DNA of 16,551 bases. It comes from a candidate division WOR-3 bacterium (GTDB taxonomy: Bacteria > Hydrothermota > Hydrothermia > JBDRYB01). The notes under the pieces are model-generated. The model ran no database searches. It was not told the origin of the DNA and was given only the letters and a program-made list of their open reading frames with translations. The position numbers and the translations under genes were made by a program. Location: contig JBDRYB010000034.1 in assembly GCA_039803205.1 (NCBI GenBank), forward strand, positions 1 through 16,551. The letters run 5' to 3'. This document shows, piece after piece, positions 1 to 7,891 of this stretch (the first letter of the stretch is position 1; each line of letters begins with the position of its first letter).

Positions 1-201
1 AAAAGCGGCAGACTGAGGAGCGTATATGACCAGCCTCAGACACCCTTAAAGAGGCTTTTGCCATACCTCCCTGAGGAGACAGCTAAGGAGCTCTTAGAAC
101 TCAGACAACGCCTTAACCCTGTGGACCTCAAGAGGGAAGTGAGAAGACTACAAGGGCTTCTGGGTGAGCTCGTGATGGAGAGGAAAAGGAGAGGCTCGTG
201 A
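1..201 (+). CDS. C-terminal end of an rve-type DDE transposase/integrase (5' part outside window; IS family uncertain, IS481/ISNCY-like)
   Basis: Frame 1 is open from base 1 to TGA at 199-201: KSGRLRSVYDQPQTPLKRLLPYLPEETAKELLELRQRLNPVDLKREVRRLQGLLGELVMERKRRGS*. The pattern YDxPxTPxxRLL...LNPxxLxxxxxxLQ is one I recognise from C-termini of 'integrase catalytic domain' IS transposases. Not in the ORF track because it has no start codon in the window. Confidence 0.75.
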   Translation, partial: KSGRLRSVYDQPQTPLKRLLPYLPEETAKELLELRQRLNPVDLKREVRRLQGLLGELVMERKRRGS

Positions 202-336
202 GGACATTCCCTTTCGGCGAGGTATGGCAGTTGAGGAAACCTCAGAGCCCTATGCCTAAATCATCGTTAGCCAAGAACTTATGGGGGATTGAAAGTGGAT
301 CATACCAAACTGCCATACCTCGTGTCCTCACGAGCC
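193..336 (+). ncRNA. Candidate structured RNA / long hairpin at the transposase 3' end
   Basis: GGCTCGTGAGGACA (193-206) is the exact reverse complement of 323-336. CGAGGTATGGCAGTT (218-232) is the exact reverse complement of 308-322. Inner hairpins are also present. The pairing is certain; RNA function is not. Confidence 0.45.
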
Positions 337-362
337 CTGGATTTATACTCTTCAGGATGGCT

Positions 363-426
363 TTCGGTGATCTGAATTATGAAACATCACCCCTTAGTTC
401 GGTGATCTGGAATTTTGAAACATTAC
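363..426 (+). repeat. Two tandem imperfect direct repeats (28/29 bp), probable transposase-binding sub-terminal repeats
   Basis: TTCGGTGATCTG-AATTATGAAACATCAC (363-390) vs TTCGGTGATCTGGAATTTTGAAACATTAC (398-426): two substitutions and one indel. Confidence 0.75.
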
Positions 427-427
427 G

Positions 428-957
428 CCACGCCGGGGGAGGCAAATATGACCTTCATTAGCGAAAAGCCTAAGGGAAGATCCCTCACCTCAGGGCAAAC
501 TCCACCCTGAACCTGATGTTTCTACAGGTGTGAGCTATTCCAAGCTGAAGCTATGGCTCAAGTCCATGGGGGCCAAAGAGGGTCTCGTCCTGGACAAGGT
601 GCACATCTAGGCAATTGAGTATTCCCGCTCAAGCCTCGCATGGTGGGAGGCAAAGTCTGAGGTCAAAAGGGGCTTCCTCAAAGACATACGAGGGACTTGA
701 GCATCTCAAGGCCAGGAACAAGGATGCGCTCAGAGGAATGATAAAGGCCATATTCCTCGCTTGCGCTTTCCTCATTCTCGTTGGTATGGCCATAGAACCC
801 TTCGTCTCCACCTTCATACCCAGCCTCACGAGCTACGAGAGGAGGTATAGCGTCTTCACCAAGGCACTCCTGTGTCTTGGACGATTGCGAGGAGGATACG
901 CCAGGCTATCCTGCATCAGAACCTGTTTCTGGGGGATGAGAGTATGTGAGATCTCAG
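428..957 (+). pseudogene. Decayed IS4-superfamily transposase 3' remnant with probable element end
   Basis: Frameshifted segment ..EVKRGF / [45 protein letters not shown] resembles the region after the YxxRWxxE motif in IS4-like transposases. Several stops lie upstream. Ends in an IR-like GAGTATGTGAGATCTCAG (~940-957). Boundaries are approximate. Confidence 0.5.
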
Positions 958-968
958 GATGTTCGCGC

Positions 969-998
969 TTGAAACGGCCTCCTGCCTGGCCTTACAAT
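969..998 (+). promoter_or_regulatory. Sigma70-type promoter of the rplM operon
   Basis: TTGAAA (969-974), 18 bp spacer, TACAAT (993-998), 33 nt upstream of the rplM ATG. Confidence 0.6.
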
Positions 999-1031
999 TT
1001 TCCTTCTCAGAGAAAGTGGAGTTATTTTATC

Positions 1032-1478
1032 ATGAAAACATACCTGCCAAAACCCGAGGAGATTGAGACCGGGAGAGGTTGGTATCTTGTTGATGCGAAG
1101 GGACAGACCCTCGGCCGCCTCGCGACTGTGATCGCGCAACTGCTCATGGGCAAGAGGAAACCGGCCTGGGCGCCGCACCTTGACCTCGGGGATTATGTTG
1201 TGGTAATAAATTCAAAGGATGTGGTTCTAACTGGTAGAAAGTGGGATGAGAAGAAGTATTACTCCCACTCAGGCTATCCTGGGGGTCTGAGGGAGCACAC
1301 TGCCCGACAGGTTGCCGAGAAACATCCTGGCTGGCTTATCTGGCTTGCTGTTAAGAGGATGCTCCCCAGGAACAAGCTCGGCAGGAGGATGGCTAAGAGG
1401 CTCAAGGTTTATCCGGGCCCCGCGCATCCGCACGCGGCCCAGAATCCGAAACCCATAGATGTAAAGGAGTTCTTTTGA
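1032..1478 (+). CDS. rplM: 50S ribosomal protein L13
   Basis: [71 protein letters not shown]. The true start is ATG 1032, not 615. Confidence 0.98.
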   Translation: MKTYLPKPEEIETGRGWYLVDAKGQTLGRLATVIAQLLMGKRKPAWAPHLDLGDYVVVINSKDVVLTGRKWDEKKYYSHSGYPGGLREHTARQVAEKHPGWLIWLAVKRMLPRNKLGRRMAKRLKVYPGPAHPHAAQNPKPIDVKEFF

Positions 1479-1876
1479 TGGACGCTCAGCGTTTTGTTTT
1501 TGCGGCCGGCTCTCGCAAGAGGGCTAGAGCCAGGGCAAGGGTTAAGGAGCCCGGCCACGGTTGGATATATGTTAATGGCAAGAGGCCCCTCGCGTATTTC
1601 GGGCGAGAGGACCTCGTCATAAAGGCCACGGAACCCCTAACTAGGACAGGGCTTGCTGGAAAGGTTGATGTTGCTGTAAAGCTAGATGGAGGGGGGCTTT
1701 CTGGCCAGGCTGGCGCTATGAGGCTCGCTATTGCTAGATGCATAGCCCGTTTGGATGAGCGGTATCTTGAGGTGCTTAAGAAGGAGGGGTTCATGGGCCG
1801 TGATCCGCGGGAAAAAGAGAGGATGAAGTATGGAAGAACCAAGAGAAGGCGCAGTTGGCAGTACTCAAAGCGCTGA
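1478..1876 (+). CDS. rpsI: 30S ribosomal protein S9
   Basis: [39 protein letters not shown] overlap with rplM; SD AAGGAG at 1464-1469. Confidence 0.97.
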   Translation: MDAQRFVFAAGSRKRARARARVKEPGHGWIYVNGKRPLAYFGREDLVIKATEPLTRTGLAGKVDVAVKLDGGGLSGQAGAMRLAIARCIARLDERYLEVLKKEGFMGRDPREKERMKYGRTKRRRSWQYSKR

Positions 1877-1877
1877 T

Positions 1878-2606
1878 ATGGGCCCCGTTACCCTGAAGGA
1901 CCTCCTTGAGGCAGGCGTTCACTTTGGCCACCCAAGGCAGAGGTGGAACCCGCGGATGAGGGAGTTCATATTTACGGAAAGGGGCGGCGTTCACATCATT
2001 GATTTGAGAAAGACGCTTCCTCTTCTCCTTTCCGCGTATGACAAGATGAAGGATGTAGCCTTCAGGGGAGGTAACATCCTTTTCGTTGGCACGAAGAAAC
2101 AGGCAAAGGATGTTATAAGGGAGGAGGCGGAGCGAGCCGGGGTCTTTTATGTCACAGAACGCTGGCCGGGCGGGCTTCTTACAAATTTTGAGACGATAAG
2201 GAAGCGCCTCGTGAGGATGCGTGAGCTTAGGGAGCTGATTTCCCAGTTGGAGGGGCTCAGGGCTGATTCCAAGCCTCTTCCTTACACGAAGAAAGAAATG
2301 GCCCTAATGGAAAAGGAGCTCTTCAAGCTAGAGAGGCTTTTCGGCGGCATAAGGGATATGGAGGTCATGCCTGACATCATGTATGTGGTGGATGTAACCC
2401 AAGAAGCCATCGCTGTGGCCGAGGCCAAGAAGCTGGGCATTCCGATAATAGCGCTTCTGGACACGAACTCTGACCCAAGCCAAATTGATTATCCCATACC
2501 CGGCAACGATGATGCTATTAGGTCAATAAAGCTGGTGACATCAGTTATGGCTAACGCTATTCTTGAGGGAAGGTCAGGAAGGGAGCCAATTAGGAAGGAT
2601 ATGTAA
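1878..2606 (+). CDS. rpsB: 30S ribosomal protein S2
   Basis: [54 protein letters not shown] at 1878, 1 nt after the rpsI stop. Confidence 0.98.
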   Translation: MGPVTLKDLLEAGVHFGHPRQRWNPRMREFIFTERGGVHIIDLRKTLPLLLSAYDKMKDVAFRGGNILFVGTKKQAKDVIREEAERAGVFYVTERWPGGLLTNFETIRKRLVRMRELRELISQLEGLRADSKPLPYTKKEMALMEKELFKLERLFGGIRDMEVMPDIMYVVDVTQEAIAVAEAKKLGIPIIALLDTNSDPSQIDYPIPGNDDAIRSIKLVTSVMANAILEGRSGREPIRKDM

Positions 2607-2617
2607 GGAGCATTGAC

Positions 2618-3484
2618 ATGGATATTCCTGTAAAACTCGTTAAGGAGCTCAGAGATAGGACTGGCGCTGGGTTCATGGACGCTAAGAAGGCCCTTGAGGA
2701 GGCTGGCGGGGACATAGAAAAGGCCCTTGATGTCCTCAGGACACGCGGCCTCGCGCGCGCCGACAAGCGCATAGACAGGGAGGCGAAAGAGGGCAAGATA
2801 GGGATGTGGCTCTCTCCGGATAGAACTAAGGGGATAATCCTGGAGCTGAACTCTGAGACGGACTTTGTCGCGAGAACAGATGAGTTCGGAAAATTGCTAT
2901 CCGCTCTTCTCTCAGCGGTTGCCGAGAATGAGCCTCAGGACCTAAACGCTCTTCTGGATACCCCTCTTCCGCAATATGAGAATGCCAAGGCCTCTGATGT
3001 TATAAGGGATCACATCGCCAGAATAGGAGAGAACATAAGGCTCAAGAGGTTTGCCTTCTACAAAACCAACCCAGGCTCATTTATTGAGATCTACATACAC
3101 CCCGGAGACATGCTTGCCGCCATGGTTGTCATAGAGGCCCCCGAGAACGAGAGAACCAGAGAGCTAGCTAGGAACATTGCCATGCAGGTCGCGGCAATGG
3201 AGCCCATTTCGGTTTCAAGGGATGATCTGCCCCAGGATGTGATAGAGAAGGAAAAGGCGATATACCGCCAGCAGGCAATTGAACAGGGCAAGCCGGAAAA
3301 GGTCATAGAGAGGATAGTTGAGGGAAAATTGAAGACCTTCTACGAGGAGAGGGTCCTTCTTGAGCAGACATACATCAGAGAGCAGGGTATGACGGTTGCG
3401 GATTATATCTCTGCTTTCTCAAGGGAGCTGGGCGTGCCCGTTAAGGTCTTGCGTTTCGTTCGGTTCAAGGTGGGAGAGGATTGA
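2618..3484 (+). CDS. tsf: Translation elongation factor Ts
   Basis: VKELRDRTGAGFMDAKKAL..ELNSETDFVAR..IGENI..AMQVAAM..RFVRFKVGE; SD AAGGAG upstream. Confidence 0.98.
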   Translation: MDIPVKLVKELRDRTGAGFMDAKKALEEAGGDIEKALDVLRTRGLARADKRIDREAKEGKIGMWLSPDRTKGIILELNSETDFVARTDEFGKLLSALLSAVAENEPQDLNALLDTPLPQYENAKASDVIRDHIARIGENIRLKRFAFYKTNPGSFIEIYIHPGDMLAAMVVIEAPENERTRELARNIAMQVAAMEPISVSRDDLPQDVIEKEKAIYRQQAIEQGKPEKVIERIVEGKLKTFYEERVLLEQTYIREQGMTVADYISAFSRELGVPVKVLRFVRFKVGED

Positions 3485-3506
3485 GATCCACAACAGATGA
3501 GCATCC

Positions 3507-3535
3507 AGGGGCAGGTCTTGTGCCTGCCCCTTTTT
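3507..3535 (+). terminator. Intrinsic terminator between tsf and pyrH
   Basis: GGGGCAGG-tcttgtg-CCTGCCCC followed by TTTTT. Confidence 0.75.
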
Positions 3536-3537
3536 GA

Positions 3538-4266
<729 letters not shown>

Positions 4267-4522
4267 GAGGAGAGTTCTTCCAAGAGTTCCGCTTATCGCC
4301 TGTGTCCTTCGAGAAACTATCTCACAATTGCCTTATGATAATACCCTTCTGATCCTCAGGCTCACATCATTGAGTCTTGTCAAGTAGTAGTCAGCATAGA
4401 ACCTTTTGACTTCGTTCTTATACCCAGCATCAGGTGCCACGAGAACAGTCATGATTAGACCTTGTAGTGGAAACGGGACGGGTTTGGCCAGTAGAATTTT
4501 TTGCTCCAAAAGGAGAAGAAAG

Positions 4523-4912
4523 ATGACAGAGGAAAGCGCAAAGCCCGCGGCCGCGGACAGCATGAAAACCATGGGCCTCATTTGTATGCTCATCAACATA
4601 CTGGTCCCCCTGTTCACGGGGTTTGCCGGGGTTGGTGTAGGCGGGATAATTTACGGAGCAACCCAGAAAACGGCTGACCCGGCCGCTGAGAAGTTCTTCA
4701 AGAACGGGCTCATCCAGCTCATCGCGAGCGTGGGTTCGATCGTCCTATTTATATGCTGTTCCTTCTTCATCCTGCCCGCGATATCAGCCTTTACCCTTGG
4801 CCTGGGCGTGGTTCTGTACCTATTTGTATTCATCCTCCTACTGCCGCCCATTGGGATGTATATCTGGGCCATCATTGATGCGATAGCCATATATCAGCAC
4901 TCGCAAGCATAG
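4523..4912 (+). CDS. Small membrane protein, paralog A (TM2/SPEC3-Stum-like)
   Basis: ATG 4523 with SD AGGAG. Hydrophobic, with motif GLICMLINILVP..GVGGIIYG..FFKNGLIQ..YIWAIIDAIAIY shared with the next two ORFs. Confidence 0.8.
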   Translation: MTEESAKPAAADSMKTMGLICMLINILVPLFTGFAGVGVGGIIYGATQKTADPAAEKFFKNGLIQLIASVGSIVLFICCSFFILPAISAFTLGLGVVLYLFVFILLLPPIGMYIWAIIDAIAIYQHSQA

Positions 4913-4915
4913 GCC

Positions 4916-5191
4916 GTGGACGATCCGAAATCAAAGGGCCTTTTAGTCTTTGTTCTCAATGTAGTAGTGCCAGGCCTGGGCGGCCTAACTTACGGGAGCT
5001 GGTTCTGTGGGGACAAAAAGATACTCAGGAGGGCGACGATACAGCTGAGCGTTTTTGGGGCCTCTGTGATCCTGTCTGCTTGCAACAAGTATCTCTATTT
5101 CATGCTCATACTAGCGGCAGGGGTCTGGATATGGTCAATAGCCGATGGAATTGACCTATACAGGTCTACAGCAGTTGAAAGACCGCGATAG
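4916..5191 (+). CDS. Small membrane protein, paralog B (TM2/SPEC3-Stum-like)
   Basis: GTG start 3 nt after the paralog A stop; GLLVFVLNVVVPGLGGLTYG..ATIQL..WIWSIADGIDLY. Confidence 0.78.
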   Translation: MDDPKSKGLLVFVLNVVVPGLGGLTYGSWFCGDKKILRRATIQLSVFGASVILSACNKYLYFMLILAAGVWIWSIADGIDLYRSTAVERPR

Positions 5192-5210
5192 AGAGCAATA
5201 GAATTAAGCC

Positions 5211-5552
5211 ATGCCCGGATTCTTTGAGAACAAGAGAAACATGGGTCTGGTTTGCATGCTGGTCAACATCCTCGCCCCGTTTTTCACCAGCTTCATCGGA
5301 GTAGGAATAGGCGGGATGATCTACGGCACAATCCGAAGGGCTGAGGAGCCTGAAACAGAGAGATTCTTCAAGAACGGCCTCGCGCAGATCATCATCTCCG
5401 CGGTCGGATTCGTCCTCTTTTTCGCTTGCACCTTTATGACCCTTGGCCTCGGCATAGTTATATCTTGGATGTTTTGGCCCCTGGCCGCGGTAGCCGCTTA
5501 TATCTGGTCAATATTTGACGCTGTGGAGATGTATCGGCGCTCGCAGGAATGA
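5211..5552 (+). CDS. Small membrane protein, paralog C (TM2/SPEC3-Stum-like)
   Basis: GLVCMLVNILAP..GIGGMIYG..FFKNGLAQ..TLGLG..YIWSIFDAVEMY; clearly alignable with paralog A. Confidence 0.8.
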   Translation: MPGFFENKRNMGLVCMLVNILAPFFTSFIGVGIGGMIYGTIRRAEEPETERFFKNGLAQIIISAVGFVLFFACTFMTLGLGIVISWMFWPLAAVAAYIWSIFDAVEMYRRSQE

Positions 5553-5573
5553 GGTTTACTACAATTAGTAGTT

Positions 5574-5781
5574 GTGACTCCTTGCATTTCTCAGAGGCCT
5601 AATGCCCTCGTTAAGGGACTCCTCTCCCAGGATGACCCTCTGGTTAGAGAGTTTCTGAGAGGCTACATAAGCATTACTCTCAGAGACCTGGATAGATTGC
5701 GATCCCCTTGTGCCGCAAGGACTTACGAGGAAACGCTGGCCAAATCTTCAATCCGTGGGGGTGTAAAATGTGTCAGGTGAG
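5574..5781 (+). pseudogene. Possible transposase 3' remnant / IS end
   Basis: Short ORF with no SD, ending in AAAATGTGTCAGGTGAG, which resembles IS4-type right ends. Weak support. Confidence 0.25.
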
Positions 5782-5793
5782 CAATAGCGCGAG

Positions 5794-5822
5794 TTGATCG
5801 TTCAAACCAAAGGCATTATAAT
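5794..5822 (+). promoter_or_regulatory. Sigma70-type promoter of the protease gene
   Basis: TTGATC (5794-5799), 17 bp spacer, TATAAT (5817-5822); SD GGAGG at 5831-5835. Confidence 0.7.
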
Positions 5823-5840
5823 ATTTATCCGGAGGTGTGC

Positions 5841-7646
5841 ATGAAGAGATTTTTGCCCCTTCTATTGGTTGGAGCGCTTGGGCTTTTGCAGGCCCAGACT
5901 AAGAAGTGGACCATAGCCGTGTATCTGTGCGCCGACAATGACCTAGAGACATACGGCATAACCGACTTCAACGAGATGGAGTATGCCATAGACACCACCA
6001 AATACAATGTCTATGTGCTCATGGACAGGATATCCGGCTACGACGGGTCAAACGGAAACTGGACAGGGACCAGATTATACAAGATAAGGCGCGACACGGA
6101 TCTTTCAAACATAAACTCCACCCTCCTAAAGGACTGCGGCGAGCTGAACATGGGGAATCCCGCTAATCTCATCTGGTTCATGGATACCGTGAGGCTTCTC
6201 TCATCAACCGAGTGCTACTGGCTCATCCTTTGGAACCATGGGGACGGCTGGAGGCCCATCCACAACGGCAGGGATGTGTGCTTTGATGACACAAATGGGG
6301 ATGAGATCTCGGTATCGGGCGGCGAGCTCAATTATGCTTGCGAGGAAATATTCAAGAAGCTCGGAAAGAACCTCTCCATAATATCGTATGACGCTTGCTT
6401 GATGGGAATGCTTGAGGTTGAATACGAAACAAAGGACTACGCGGATGTCACGGTGCACTCCCAGGAAACCGAGCCCGCGGACGGCTATCCTTACGACGAC
6501 ATATTCAGCTGGCTAAACTCAAACCAGAACGCTACGCCTCAGCAATTGGCAAGGCAGGCAGCTTATCTTTATGTTCAGTCCTACAGCAGTTCTGTAACCC
6601 ACTCCGCTGTTGACATGGGGCCCTGGTATACCAGGTATTACTTGGCTGTGGACAAGTTCGCGCGCGAGCTCATAAAGGCAGGGGGCAAGAGCAACTCAAC
6701 CATAGCCACCGCGCTCTCCGGAACCCAATCCTTCACTTACGCAAGCTACAAGGACCTCTATCACTTCGCTCAGCGCATAACCGCGCAGGGGAGCCTCCCC
6801 GCGTCTCTGAGGAACGCGGCCCAGCGGGTTATTGACCTCCAGGGCTCTGGAGTCATAGGGGACACAACCCTTCTCGGCAACTTCCAGAAGAGCTACTCAA
6901 ACGCCCACGGAATAACCATATACGGACCAACGAGTTCGCCATCCGGCGGATACTCCAACCTCTACTGGGTCCCGAACTCTGCCTGGTATTGGTTCATAAA
7001 CGGTTCCAGCTCATTACCGAACCAGCCCCGTGTAACATACTACTATAACTCTCTGGGAGATAGCATAGACTACGGGAACGGGATACAGTTCAGGATTGAC
7101 CTCATAAATGTGGGGGGAGGGACTGCCGGAAATGTTTCCGCTACCCTCTCAACCCTGGATCCTTATGTGACCGTTGTAAACTCAAGCTCCAGTTACGGCA
7201 ACATATCACCCGAGGCAACAGCCACCTCCCTCTCCAGCTATGTTGTGAATGTCTCGCCCACAGTGCCCCGAGGCCACAGGATAACCTTCTTCCTGTCAAT
7301 AACGGGCACGAGCTACACAAACACGACATCCTTCAACATCATAGCAACGGGCGCGCCGAATGTTGGCCAAAGGGAAAGCTGCTGGGTTCCGCCATTTGAG
7401 ATAACCCTCGCGCCGGTTTCCAATCCGGTCAGGGGCGAGACGAGGATAGCCTTCTACACGACCGGAAGATCTATCGCAACCCTAAAGGCATACGACATAT
7501 CCGGAAGGGAAATAGCAAAGCTTTACTCGGGCACCGAGGCCGGGGATCACGAGATAACCTGGAGCGCGCCCGGCTCAGGCACATACTTCCTGAGACTCTC
7601 AGAGGGCGAGTCAGCGAGGACGATAAGGGTTATCTTTACCGAATAG
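5841..7646 (+). CDS. Secreted clostripain-family (C11) cysteine peptidase with Ig-like domain and T9SS type A-like C-terminal domain
   Basis: Signal peptide MKRFLPLLLVGALGLLQA; KWTIAVYLCADNDLE; ELNMGNP; catalytic His in WNHGDGW and Cys in YDACLMG; C-terminal NPVRG..YDISGREI..W..SGTYFLRL. ATG 5841 is the better-spaced start after GGAGG. Confidence 0.9.
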   Translation: MKRFLPLLLVGALGLLQAQTKKWTIAVYLCADNDLETYGITDFNEMEYAIDTTKYNVYVLMDRISGYDGSNGNWTGTRLYKIRRDTDLSNINSTLLKDCGELNMGNPANLIWFMDTVRLLSSTECYWLILWNHGDGWRPIHNGRDVCFDDTNGDEISVSGGELNYACEEIFKKLGKNLSIISYDACLMGMLEVEYETKDYADVTVHSQETEPADGYPYDDIFSWLNSNQNATPQQLARQAAYLYVQSYSSSVTHSAVDMGPWYTRYYLAVDKFARELIKAGGKSNSTIATALSGTQSFTYASYKDLYHFAQRITAQGSLPASLRNAAQRVIDLQGSGVIGDTTLLGNFQKSYSNAHGITIYGPTSSPSGGYSNLYWVPNSAWYWFINGSSSLPNQPRVTYYYNSLGDSIDYGNGIQFRIDLINVGGGTAGNVSATLSTLDPYVTVVNSSSSYGNISPEATATSLSSYVVNVSPTVPRGHRITFFLSITGTSYTNTTSFNIIATGAPNVGQRESCWVPPFEITLAPVSNPVRGETRIAFYTTGRSIATLKAYDISGREIAKLYSGTEAGDHEITWSAPGSGTYFLRLSEGESARTIRVIFTE

Positions 7647-7826
7647 CGTTTCTGGAAATTCGGATGCCATGCCGGCCTCGCAGTGTTTCAAAGAGTATGC
7701 TAGCCTCGTTGAGGTGAAGAGGTTTAGAAGCGGCTCAAGCCGGCCTGGTTCACCATCCCTCCCTACGGCTATGGCATAGGGTATCCTGGCTCTCAGGGAT
7801 CTCTGAGCTTTGGAGTTAAACGGGGA

Positions 7827-7857
7827 CTTGATCCGGATCAAGCATTTGTATTATAAT
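7827..7857 (+). promoter_or_regulatory. Promoter of the redox/ars cluster with a perfect palindrome over the -35
   Basis: TTGATC (7828-7833), 18 bp spacer, TATAAT (7852-7857). CTTGATCCGGATCAAG (7827-7842) is a perfect 16-bp palindrome. Confidence 0.7.
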
Positions 7858-7891
7858 ATTCGGAAATGAAAATGTATATGGAGGAAAGAAC

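Larger units (their letters stand above)
1..427 (+). mobile_element. Right end of an insertion sequence
   Basis: Transposase 3' end, then a structured ~160-nt trailer, then two tandem imperfect repeats ending ...GAAACATTACG at 427. The exact terminus is inferred; the left end is outside the window. Confidence 0.6.

Noticed and set aside
233..307. Known riboswitch, ribozyme or group II intron domain V within the hairpin interior (GAGCCCTATGC resembles GAGCCGTATGC)
   Set aside because: The rest of domain V and the conserved cores of c-di-GMP, c-di-AMP and hammerhead RNAs could not be matched by eye. cmscan is needed.
363..426. CRISPR array
   Set aside because: Only two units, a 7-nt gap rather than a spacer, and no cas genes.
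198..461. 87-aa ORF after the transposase
   Set aside because: It runs through the hairpin and terminal repeats and across the probable IS boundary, with no recognisable motif.
615..1031. Apparent 139-aa N-terminal extension or fusion on L13
   Set aside because: The extension is transposase debris that happens to be in frame. A promoter at 969-998 and the canonical MKT start at 1032 argue against a fusion.
1830..1877. Longer rpsB start
   Set aside because: It overlaps rpsI by 47 nt; S2 homology begins at ATG 1878.
7647..7826. Minus-strand 76-aa ORF or gene remnant; EVKR(G)F-like peptide also seen near 660 and 4400
   Set aside because: No SD, it overlaps the protease gene and the promoter, and a 4-5 residue match is within chance.
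7856..7879. ArsR-type operator downstream of the -10 (ATATTCGG...GTATAT)
   Set aside because: Dyad symmetry is only about 5 of 12 positions; too weak to call, though not excluded.
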